IMG/VR virus record: IMGVR_UViG_3300042673_002246
Source: a virus
Length of the DNA: 64,000 nucleotides
Strand: one strand, 5' to 3'
Of the stretch, positions 28,955 through 37,395 are shown piece by piece. The position numbers and the translations under genes are program-made. The notes under the pieces are model-generated. The model saw only the letters and a program-made list of their open reading frames with translations, was not told the origin of the DNA and made no database searches. The first letter of the stretch is position 1. The number at the start of each line of letters is the position of its first letter.

Positions 28955-29016
28955 AACATCTCAACGATAGTCGTATGCGAGCAGACTTATCTAGTACCCG
29001 TAGCACTTGGCGACTT

Positions 29017-29430
29017 CTATGACTGGCGTGTGTTGAGGCGAAGGTAGGCAGAGTAGGCGTAGTTGCGTTGGCGTTGGCGTTCGGCGTGTGCCCTCTCTGC
29101 GTCTGCTGGGGGCATACGGTCTATCTCATCATCAGTGGGTGCGAAGCCTATCTCCCTCTCTGCTTCTAGCATCAGTGACACAAGGCTAAGCGTGTGGGTG
29201 TCTGCGTACTCACCCGTAGCGATGTGGCAACCTTGTTCATCTAAGTCAAGTGCCAACAGTTCGCTTGCTACCTTTGAGATGAATACACCTGTGAGTTTCA
29301 TCTGCGACAGGCGTTGGTGTGTGGTCAGGTGTTCGTTCGCTGTCCTCTTAGACCGAAGCAACTGTGTGTACATACTGTTGCTTGGAACGAAAGCGACAAA
29401 CTCTGATGGGGTTGGCTCTTGTGTTGTCAT
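29017..29430 (-). CDS. hypothetical protein
   Basis: ORF. Confidence 0.5.
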   Translation of the reverse strand: MTTQEPTPSEFVAFVPSNSMYTQLLRSKRTANEHLTTHQRLSQMKLTGVFISKVASELLALDLDEQGCHIATGEYADTHTLSLVSLMLEAEREIGFAPTDDEIDRMPPADAERAHAERQRQRNYAYSAYLRLNTRQS

Positions 29431-30135
29431 CTCATCTCTCTCTTGTGTTTGTGTGTGTCGTGTGTATGCGATGTGTATGAGCGAGGCTCTGCGTGGCTAA
29501 GCCCACACCAGACCCGAAACCCGACAGACCCGACAGTGCTGTTGGTTTTGTTGGCGTGTCGTGTTGCGTGTTGGATTACATCGGGTGTGTGGTCTCTCTC
29601 TCGGCGTGTGTCTTACTGAAACACTTGGATAAATCGTCTTGCTGTTTTTTGGGGTGTCGTATTCGGGTCGTGACTTATCTAGTGAGTTGTGTCGTTTTGT
29701 AATCAGCCAGAAACCATCGGCACACACTGCGAGAGACTGCTGTGTGTCCTCTGCGTGTGTGGACTTGTTGCCGACTACCCCGAGTACCGACACAAATTGC
29801 GAAAAATTGTTCGCAGTGTCGCCTCGCAGCACCTGTCTCTTGTAGCCCCGCGAAACTTTCTCGGTTGAGGCAGGGTGGGTGGGGGAGCAAAATCGCAAAA
29901 AATTCATCCCAGGTTTTTCACTTAAATTTATCCAATGCATACAGCTCGGCCGCCAGTTTGCGGACTTTCTTCCAGTGTCTTGATTGTCTCCCATTTGCCC
30001 CCAGACAGCATGGGATGAGCCCTGTGAAGGACAAATGCATGAATGCCCTGTCTTCGTATGCTTCAATCACGTCCGGTGAATCCGAGTACAAAGCGTCCTG
30101 TGTTTCTTTCACGGTTCAAGCGTATACTGAAATTC

Positions 30136-30366
30136 ATGCAAACCCAATACCTGTCGTTTAATGATTTTCTTGCTGATGTCAGCATTAAGTATGAGCACCA
30201 GAAGAACGATAAATACCCACTTCGCTATGGGCAAATGTACTTCAACCTTCTGGAAGAATTCAGGCCGGCACTTGCTATCAAACTACGGGAATCACCATAT
30301 GACCCGTACTACTCAGTACATGAGGAGATTCCAGAGACTCACGCATTTGTTGAGTCGAACTGGTAA
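30136..30366 (+). CDS. hypothetical protein
   Basis: TATACT -10 at 30123, leaderless ATG. Confidence 0.55.
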   Translation: MQTQYLSFNDFLADVSIKYEHQKNDKYPLRYGQMYFNLLEEFRPALAIKLRESPYDPYYSVHEEIPETHAFVESNW

Positions 30367-30653
30367 CTAGCTGTTTGATTTCTTTTTTGCTAGTTGTGTT
30401 ATTTGTATAACCTCAAACATTGAGCCCTTTTCCAGCAGCGACTTAATCAGCGACTCACTAGAGAATCGTGCTATGTCGCCTCCTGTTGACTTCCTTACTG
30501 AAATCATAAAGCTCTCTTCGTTATTGGTTGTCACTTCTACTGTTCCTCCTATTAGTTCTCCGTGAATGGAGATTATTAAAGAGTGCCGGCATTTTTATTA
30601 GCATTTTCGGCACCCTAGATATATATAAAACATGTTCCGCATTTAGGATAAAT

Positions 30654-31121
30654 TTATCTAATAAATATGTCAGCGCAGCATTTTTCACCGACATTAATTG
30701 TGAGTAATCCATAACCAATTGGTATTGATATCTCTACAAATTCCCGGGAAATTATTCCGCACAAATCACAGTCTGTGCTTTTCATCTGCTCGTGCAGCAG
30801 GGGCATGAAGTCCGGCAAACACATTGAACAGCATGCAACCTGAATTGCTGGCAGCAGTAAATGGTCAATTGTTGGTGGCACCGTATTGATGTGCGGACAG
30901 AATTTTTCTATTCTTTGGAGTAAGTCATCTAGTGCTTCGGCAACTGCATCAGGCACATTGTCTCTTTGTACTGATTGGAATCCTCTTGGCAGCAGTTCTT
31001 CGTTGAGTTTGTCGGCTTGTTCAGCCTGTTTCTGTGTCAGCTCGGAGATGAATTTGTTCATTTCCTTTTCGCTGTCGAAATGTTTTCCATCGGGTGCGGA
31101 TTTTCTAAAACGTGGGTCCAT
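30654..31121 (-). CDS. hypothetical Cys-rich protein
   Basis: ORF. Confidence 0.55.
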   Translation of the reverse strand: MDPRFRKSAPDGKHFDSEKEMNKFISELTQKQAEQADKLNEELLPRGFQSVQRDNVPDAVAEALDDLLQRIEKFCPHINTVPPTIDHLLLPAIQVACCSMCLPDFMPLLHEQMKSTDCDLCGIISREFVEISIPIGYGLLTINVGEKCCADIFIR

Positions 31122-31260
31122 TAGTGGATAAATCTATCTGAAGTAAATGCCATTTTCAAAAAAAAATTTTGGAGTGTTGCTATAGCAGTGATTGTATTTT
31201 TCATTACTTTTTGTTGGAAGTACCCGCGCCGGTCGCTCATATTTTGAGTTTTCTTTGGCG

Positions 31261-31333
31261 TGCGCCCTCTGGGGTTCGAACCCAGGACCAACGGATTAAA
31301 AGTCCGGTGCTCTACCGGCTGAGCTAAAGGCGC
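31261..31333 (-). tRNA. tRNA-Lys(TTT)
   Basis: Cloverleaf GCGCCTT...CTTTTAA loop...GTTCGAACC. Confidence 0.9.
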
Positions 31334-31814
31334 GAAAAACACGCTATTTATTTCTTTTTCTTTTTCTTTTTTGATTGTTTCTGTATCTTGCGCGTAACAG
31401 AAAAAATATACACCCACATAGCAAAGCTCAAAACGAGCACAATCTGCCAAGCTATAAAAAGAAAATTAGGCATTACTTCTCCAGTTTTTTAAGTTGGTTT
31501 TCCCTCAGCAGTCTATATGTGTCTGGGGATATGTCAAGCACCCATTTTCTTGTCGGATACTTGCGTGTCAGCCACGCCTTGTAGTCGGCCAGGGTTGGCG
31601 GAATGTCTGGGTGGGTGTTCATTTTTCTCCATTTATAAATGATGCGTTGTATTCAGCATTTTTGTGGCGCCTTTGATACGAACAGTCTTCATGTTCGAGC
31701 TCGCAGTAACAGTCATAGTACGGAAACTTGGTTAAACACGTATTACATACGGTCACATTTCCGTAATACGTGAATCCAGGTGGCTTTGTGGCGCTACAGC
31801 AGTAGTCGTCCTGT

Positions 31815-32144
31815 TCAGTAGTCATGTCCCTCTAGGTCTATGTTGAATGCTTCATTTTCAAACGCTGTATAAGCATCTTTCCAAGTCTGCGGAACAGCGA
31901 AGTCTGGGTTTATCCTATCGCTGATTTGATTATTGTACAAACATTCTTCGGCGTAGTAGTTCCTGATTATCTTCTTTAGTCTATGTATTTCGTACGCCTG
32001 TTCAGCGATAATTCCCATAAGTTCATCGTTGACAGAGTCATTTGCTTTTATCACTTCTGCGGCTTTGGAGATTATTGACCCACCTCTACCATGTTGGAGT
32101 TTGCGAGCAATTGACTCAAGCTGTTCGATTATTTCATTAGCCAT
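31815..32144 (-). CDS. hypothetical protein
   Basis: ORF. Confidence 0.55.
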   Translation of the reverse strand: MANEIIEQLESIARKLQHGRGGSIISKAAEVIKANDSVNDELMGIIAEQAYEIHRLKKIIRNYYAEECLYNNQISDRINPDFAVPQTWKDAYTAFENEAFNIDLEGHDY

Positions 32145-32278
32145 TAGCGGCTTTCTTTTCGTCCAGAATTTTTCCGCATACAGAACAGAAGATTACACCG
32201 CCTTTTTCGTTGCCAAGAAAGTGTTGCCAATTACCGCAGCGATGAGGCATGCGAGATGTCAGCCAAATCCAGAAGTAT

Positions 32279-32554
32279 CTAATTTGTTCCATCTTCCCCC
32301 CAGTGTTGCTTGTCCAGCGTGGACATTAACTCATCGATTGCACGCCACAGCTCTGGCCAGTCTCTGCGGAGCTTGGCCATCATGCGCCTGTGTCGCCTCG
32401 TATCATCGTCAATCCATGTGATTGCCATGCGAAATGCAAATACTTTATGCAATAGCTCATGGTATTTTTCCTCAAGGTCGTCATACGCGAACATCAGAAG
32501 CTCATGTTCTGACTCAAACCCCTTGATTATGTTTTTCATTTTTTCTTTTTTCAT
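32279..32554 (-). CDS. hypothetical protein
   Basis: GAGGAGG SD. Confidence 0.55.
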   Translation of the reverse strand: MKKEKMKNIIKGFESEHELLMFAYDDLEEKYHELLHKVFAFRMAITWIDDDTRRHRRMMAKLRRDWPELWRAIDELMSTLDKQHWGEDGTN

Positions 32555-32566
32555 TTTTCCTCCTCG

Positions 32567-32639
<73 letters not shown>

Positions 32640-32644
32640 TTTGA

Positions 32645-32926
32645 TTATAAATCTCTTGGCGGTATCGGTATTCCGCCTCCAGCCATTCTGAGGAATGTTT
32701 TTTCGTCAATAACCTCAAACGACCATGCGTCTTGAGTGAATCCATTATTTATTTCGTGCGGTCTTCTGTCAATCAACGAAATCAGTCTGCACCTAGCGAT
32801 ATTCCCGTCAATTTTAGTGTTTACGTACCATGTTTTTACTGGGTCTCTTGTTTGCCAAATAACATAAATGCAGTCATCGGTTTGGCCTGTTTTTGTTATT
32901 TTTCCAATTGTCCCTTTTTGTGACAT
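32645..32926 (-). CDS. hypothetical protein
   Basis: ORF. Confidence 0.5.
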   Translation of the reverse strand: MSQKGTIGKITKTGQTDDCIYVIWQTRDPVKTWYVNTKIDGNIARCRLISLIDRRPHEINNGFTQDAWSFEVIDEKTFLRMAGGGIPIPPRDL

Positions 32927-32939
32927 GTTATTACCATTC

Positions 32940-33329
32940 TTATTTCTCGACTACTTTATATTTTGCATAGTGCAGACTTTTTTCAGCATACTCGGGATTT
33001 AGCGTTTTACGCCATCCGCCGATAGATTCCATGAGCACACCAGGCTGTCCTGTTGCCTCGCACGTGCGAGCCGCAATCTCCTCATGTTTGGTGATTATTT
33101 CACTAAGCCTGACTGGCTCATGACATGACTCCGACACCTCGATGTAATATCTCAACCCACCAAATTTTTGTTTCACTTGAAGGATTGTGTAATTTGGGTC
33201 TATCGCGAGAAGTTCTTTGTCGCAGTCAAGGACAATCTTGTACCACCCCTCATCGACGTCGATGTTCTTCCACCACCCATCTTTTATTCTTTGGGCTAGT
33301 TCTCTTATTTCTATGCTTATGTTGTTCAT
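32940..33329 (-). CDS. conserved phage hypothetical protein
   Basis: GW..IV...QVKQKFGGLRYY...TCEATG motif. Confidence 0.65.
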   Translation of the reverse strand: MNNISIEIRELAQRIKDGWWKNIDVDEGWYKIVLDCDKELLAIDPNYTILQVKQKFGGLRYYIEVSESCHEPVRLSEIITKHEEIAARTCEATGQPGVLMESIGGWRKTLNPEYAEKSLHYAKYKVVEK

Positions 33330-33331
33330 AG

Positions 33332-33403
33332 TGGGAGCCGAGGGTCTCGAACCCTCCGCCTACTCGATGTAAACGAGTTGCTCTACCGCTGAGCTAGGCA
33401 CCC
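33332..33403 (-). tRNA. tRNA-Val(TAC)
   Basis: Cloverleaf; ACTCG-TTTACAT-CGAGT arm. Confidence 0.85.
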
Positions 33404-33419
33404 TGCGTGTTCACCTTAG

Positions 33420-33494
33420 TGCCCCTGGTTGGAATTGAACCAACGTGGACCGCTACGGTTTCTACACCTTATAAGAGTGAGCCGATACAGGGGC
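33420..33494 (-). ncRNA. D-armless tRNA-like RNA, TAT anticodon
   Basis: Perfect 7-bp acceptor and T-arm, anticodon loop CTTATAA, extra hairpin, no D-stem. Confidence 0.65.
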
Positions 33495-33499
33495 CAGTT

Positions 33500-33826
33500 T
33501 CACTTGAATAGCTCCACTGCCTCGGTTATTCGTTCACGCAAAGCACTCACGCTTCCAGACGACGACATTTTCCCTTGGAAAACACCTTTGTGGAAAAGAA
33601 GCAATGAAGGAATAGACATAATTTCGAAGTCCTTCGCTGTCGCCATATTGTCGTCTGTGTTGATTTTAACAAAATCTACTTTCTCACTGAATTCACCAGA
33701 TAGTTCATCAAGAATTGGGGAAAGTTTTAAGCACGGTCCGCACCATGGTGCCCAAAAATCTACAAGAACCAGCTTGTCTGATGAGTTGATAAATTCACTA
33801 AATGTTTGGTCGGTAAGTTCTAACAT
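33500..33826 (-). CDS. trxA: thioredoxin
   Basis: VDFWAPWCGPC, IMSIP. Confidence 0.9.
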   Translation of the reverse strand: MLELTDQTFSEFINSSDKLVLVDFWAPWCGPCLKLSPILDELSGEFSEKVDFVKINTDDNMATAKDFEIMSIPSLLLFHKGVFQGKMSSSGSVSALRERITEAVELFK

Positions 33827-33836
33827 GATTTAAATA

Positions 33837-34295
33837 CTACTCCGTTTCATCGTAATTTTTGTCGTACATCATCTTAATTACATCTTCTGGGTAGATAAGA
33901 AAACCCTTTGCCGGGTTGTCATCTCCACCAAAATTTCTTTTTGTCTCAGGATTGAATTTATCAGGATGTTTCCTGAGAAAACGCTTTAGACGGGCTACCG
34001 ATATTATTACGAACGAACCGTCCATTGCGTAAATGTATACCCACCATTTTGCGGTTGTTACATTTATTCCGCTTGCTACCCAAACTTGCTCACCGTTTTC
34101 ATCACGCGCACCGCGTGGATTTTGTTGCGTTTCCACAACCATTCTGCCATTGCGATATCTATCGCTTTTTACTTCAAATTCCCCACCGGAGAGTGATTCA
34201 AGAAACTGAGAAATCAGTTTCTCTCCTTCCTGCCCATACGCCAGGTCGGATTTAAAATCAAATGTTCTAGCTGGTAAATCCCAAGAGTCTTTCAT
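33837..34295 (-). CDS. hypothetical protein, possible PD-(D/E)XK nuclease fold
   Basis: FEVKSD...MVVE...SGINVTTAKWW. Confidence 0.5.
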   Translation of the reverse strand: MKDSWDLPARTFDFKSDLAYGQEGEKLISQFLESLSGGEFEVKSDRYRNGRMVVETQQNPRGARDENGEQVWVASGINVTTAKWWVYIYAMDGSFVIISVARLKRFLRKHPDKFNPETKRNFGGDDNPAKGFLIYPEDVIKMMYDKNYDETE

Positions 34296-34337
34296 TCCTG
34301 AAAGAATACTAATTCAGCGATGGAATAACAACCGTTA

Positions 34338-34940
34338 CTACATTCTCCAGTTGGCTAATCCGCCCTTACTATTGTTCATAATGTAACGAGCCATCATTAA
34401 ATTGCAGTGCACTGTCTTAAGCCCTTGCATTCGGTTTTCGACAGCATTGTCCCCGCATACATTTTTTACTGCCGAGTACCAACTGGAATTGATTTGCAAC
34501 AATCCCGTATCGTATGAGCCGTCCTTGTTTAGAGCGTAGGTCATGTTGCCAGCGGCATCCCACTTCGCATTTTGTGCTTTCGGGCGACAACCCGACTCCC
34601 TCCACGCAATGTATGACCATGTTTGTATTGGGTAAAGACCATAAGCTTCGAAAACTGGCTCAAGCTTTGGGCAGCGCTTACTCGGGTCGCTTGGAACTTC
34701 TTTCCTGTGCCCCTCGTGGTCGCTTTTCACTGGTGGGAACTGCGGCAAGCTTCGCTTGGCCCTAAACCCTGGGTCGGCTTCCCTGACCTCTTGGTTTGCG
34801 GCCCACACCGGATTTTCAACTAACACCTCCTCAACCGATAAATTGACCGAAGTGTTTGCTGTTTCCGTTGTGTTTGTCGGAATTCCAACTCCAGCTATAA
34901 AAAGGAGTATAGAAAATCCCCATCCAATAAATGTGTTCAA
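34338..34940 (-). CDS. SLT-type lytic transglycosylase
   Basis: Signal anchor; IAWRESG, DTGLLQINS. Confidence 0.8.
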   Translation of the reverse strand: MNTFIGWGFSILLFIAGVGIPTNTTETANTSVNLSVEEVLVENPVWAANQEVREADPGFRAKRSLPQFPPVKSDHEGHRKEVPSDPSKRCPKLEPVFEAYGLYPIQTWSYIAWRESGCRPKAQNAKWDAAGNMTYALNKDGSYDTGLLQINSSWYSAVKNVCGDNAVENRMQGLKTVHCNLMMARYIMNNSKGGLANWRM

Positions 34941-35094
34941 TTGCTTCTCCTGTTGTCGGCGGATAAGACGTGGCGTTTAGTAAAAAGCCAATATTTGGTT
35001 TGCTTTGGTCACCCCGCCAGGGGCACTATTAATTATAACAGTTTGATTACGCCAGCTGCAACCGCGTAGCAACCAATAAAAATAAGGGTTTTAT

Positions 35095-35328
35095 CTATTG
35101 AAAGTTATCTGGTCCAAGAATCTCAAAAACAGCAAGCACTTTACCCTGTGGCGTCGGACCGATAATAATTTCAAATTGCATTGACCGAAGTATCAGTTCG
35201 GCTATGTCTTCCGCTTGTCGTTTTGCGTCTGCAGCATCTTGCTCATCATTTTGTTTAACGGAAATATAATTTAAAATCACTTCCGCTAAATGGTCAATGA
35301 CCGTGAGTCTAGATACTGGTTCTGACAT
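35095..35328 (-). CDS. hypothetical protein
   Basis: ORF. Confidence 0.5.
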   Translation of the reverse strand: MSEPVSRLTVIDHLAEVILNYISVKQNDEQDAADAKRQAEDIAELILRSMQFEIIIGPTPQGKVLAVFEILGPDNFQ

Positions 35329-35390
35329 GGTTGACAGGCTACACCAGTTGGGCTAGGGTGACACGCAATATCAACCCAGTAGGAGAAGAA

Positions 35391-35873
35391 ATGAACCTAG
35401 CGCCAATAACAGTAATTGGGAACGTCACGGCGGACCCAGAGCTCACCTACACGCAAAGCGAGCAGGCCCGCCTGTCGTTTTCTGTAGCAGTTAACCACAT
35501 CTGGTACGACCAGAAAAACGAAAAGCAGGAAAAGGTCAGCTACCACAACGTAACAGCGTGGAGATACCTTGCTGAAAACACTGCACGAGTAATCGAAAAG
35601 GGCATCGGCGTCGTTGTTTATGGACGACTAGAGCAGCGCTCATATGATGACAAGGACGGCAACAAGCGTTCAATCACGGAGATTGTCGCAGAAGACATTG
35701 GCGTACTGACTCGCTCAATTGAGACGATTACTCGTCGTGTTGGAAAGAATTCTGGTGAGGGCCAGCCTCAGCAGTCTGGCTCGCGTCAGTCGTCTCAGCA
35801 GACTGGAGCACGTCGCGCGCGACCAGCAACCGCCGCAGTGGGCGCCCCATCGGACGAACCAGAGCCATTCTGA
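35391..35873 (+). CDS. ssb: single-stranded DNA-binding protein
   Basis: IGNVTADPEL...GRLEQRSY...acidic tail DEPEPF; AGGAG SD. Confidence 0.92.
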   Translation: MNLAPITVIGNVTADPELTYTQSEQARLSFSVAVNHIWYDQKNEKQEKVSYHNVTAWRYLAENTARVIEKGIGVVVYGRLEQRSYDDKDGNKRSITEIVAEDIGVLTRSIETITRRVGKNSGEGQPQQSGSRQSSQQTGARRARPATAAVGAPSDEPEPF

Positions 35874-35903
35874 GCCCAACCCCGAGATTCGGGGAAAAGT
35901 TTA

Positions 35904-35949
35904 AGCGCCTGTTAATTTGCGCCAGGGAGCGTAAAACAGGCGCTTTTTC
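35904..35949 (+). terminator. intrinsic terminator after ssb
   Basis: AGCGCCTGTT...AACAGGCGCT followed by a T run. Confidence 0.5.
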
Positions 35950-36062
35950 TATGCCCAAAATCAGTTTCTGACTCTAGAAAAAATAGTCAGAAAAAGGTTG
36001 CAATCTTAAAAATCAGACATTAAGTTTGTTGCCACCTAGACCACAGCCAAGGAGGTAGTGGA

Positions 36063-36302
36063 ATGTCAGAATACAGCAAGCTCAAAGAAAAAGGAATGGG
36101 ACGCGGTCGTCCACGTCACACAGAAGAGCAGAAAGTTCAGTCAGCAGCATTGAATACAATGCGTCAGGAAGCACGTCGACGTGCGCATTTGGTTCTCAAA
36201 AGTCGTCATATCGATGAATATAACGATATCTACGAGGCTGAATTGGGCGCGATGCAGTCAACTGAAACTACATCACGTCGCGTAAAGCGCACGCGCAAAT
36301 AA
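36063..36302 (+). CDS. small basic protein with AT-hook-like GRGRPR
   Basis: AAGGAGGT SD. Confidence 0.65.
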   Translation: MSEYSKLKEKGMGRGRPRHTEEQKVQSAALNTMRQEARRRAHLVLKSRHIDEYNDIYEAELGAMQSTETTSRRVKRTRK

Positions 36303-36866
36303 GTTTGAGCTGAGTTGGTGGGGCTAAATTTGCTCGTCCAACTCAGCTTTTCTTATTCTTTTTTCAGCGTTTGGACTAAGGTCAAGTAGAAACCTTCTTG
36401 CCCAGGTTCTTTTTTCGTTATCAGTCATTTCCCAGAAGTTCTCTGGCAACTTTTTAATTCGTTGAAGAGGTGCATCAGCCATTATCTTCTTCGCCTTTAT
36501 CGTCATTGACTAATTCGCCAGTTTTAAAACGCTTGTTTTTTGACATATGTTCCATGATTGCTACAAGGTCCATGTGGTTTTCATAACTTGATGTCCTCAT
36601 GCGGCCGTCAGCGTCTGCTATTTGGGCAAGCTGCTCTATCGATGCTTCAAATCCAGGTGTCGTCATTTATCTTCCATCCCTAATCTTGTTAATCCTAGTT
36701 GATGAATGTTTATGTGTTTTTTTCTTTGCTGAACCATACTCTATTTCTAGCCATTCATCAAAATCTTCGTACGCACCGGGGGTGTCCCTGATGTAGCGCT
36801 CGTACTCTTTAAGCAATTCGACGTATTCATCGTCGTCTTCATCAAATCTTCTACCCATAACTAAAA

Positions 36867-37370
36867 TCAATCAGCCTTCGATGACCTTGCGCGTTTTCCC
36901 GCAGATGAAGCGGCTTCTGTGTTTTTTACAAATTGTCGGCCAGAACGACTGCCTAATAGCTTTTTTCTATTTGTTGCTGCTCGCTGAGCTGGGGTAAGTC
37001 TTGACCACGCTTTTGCTGGGAGATATCTACGCATTCCACCAGGACGATTTGCTGGTTTTCCGTCTGATGTTCTCCATTTTTCTTTAGTCCATTTCTTTAG
37101 AGAGCGTTGACGTTTTTTAAGTCCACCCCTGTATCCGCCACCGGCTTTTTCATACTCAATGGCAAGTAGTTGGGCTTTACGCGCAGACCACTGTCCTGGT
37201 TTCCCGCCTTTTGAGCCGGCCATAATTCTGTTTTTTATTTTTTCGCGGAGTTGCGGTTTTGTGTAAGACATGTTTGCAGCCTTAGCCAAGATGACAGGAG
37301 CTTCGCCGACAAATGTATTGATTGACTCTTCCACCCACGCAGCTGTTGAATCTGAATTTCGCGTTCTCAT
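36867..37370 (-). CDS. DUF5872-like basic protein
   Basis: YTKPQLRE...GGKPGQWSARKAQLL...YEKAGGGY. Confidence 0.65.
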   Translation of the reverse strand: MRTRNSDSTAAWVEESINTFVGEAPVILAKAANMSYTKPQLREKIKNRIMAGSKGGKPGQWSARKAQLLAIEYEKAGGGYRGGLKKRQRSLKKWTKEKWRTSDGKPANRPGGMRRYLPAKAWSRLTPAQRAATNRKKLLGSRSGRQFVKNTEAASSAGKRARSSKAD

Positions 37371-37395
37371 ATCGATACCTATATTATTGCACTTT

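Larger units (their letters stand above)
2262..29683. repeat. dispersed motif ACTAGATAAGT / ACTTATCTAGT, about 70 copies
   Basis: Copies seen e.g. at 2262, 2298, 2321, 2405, 2642, 3616, 4336, 5201-5276 (x4), 6821, 7903, 9764, 11692, 15616-15683 (x4), 20082-20233, 26563, 27530, 29673; none seen beyond ~29.7 kb. Confidence 0.95.

Noticed and set aside
2262-29683. Stop-codon reassignment suggested by abundant TAG
   Set aside because: Genes are intact in the standard code, TAG ends many ORFs, and no suppressor tRNA was found
2034-29850. Boundary elements as classical IS/MITE ends or integron attC sites
   Set aside because: No target-site duplications, transposase or integrase seen; no GTTRRRY/RYYYAAC cores
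29497-30161. Long overlapping ORFs 29497-30066 and 29742-30161
   Set aside because: Cross low-complexity DNA and a boundary element; no SD or recognisable motifs
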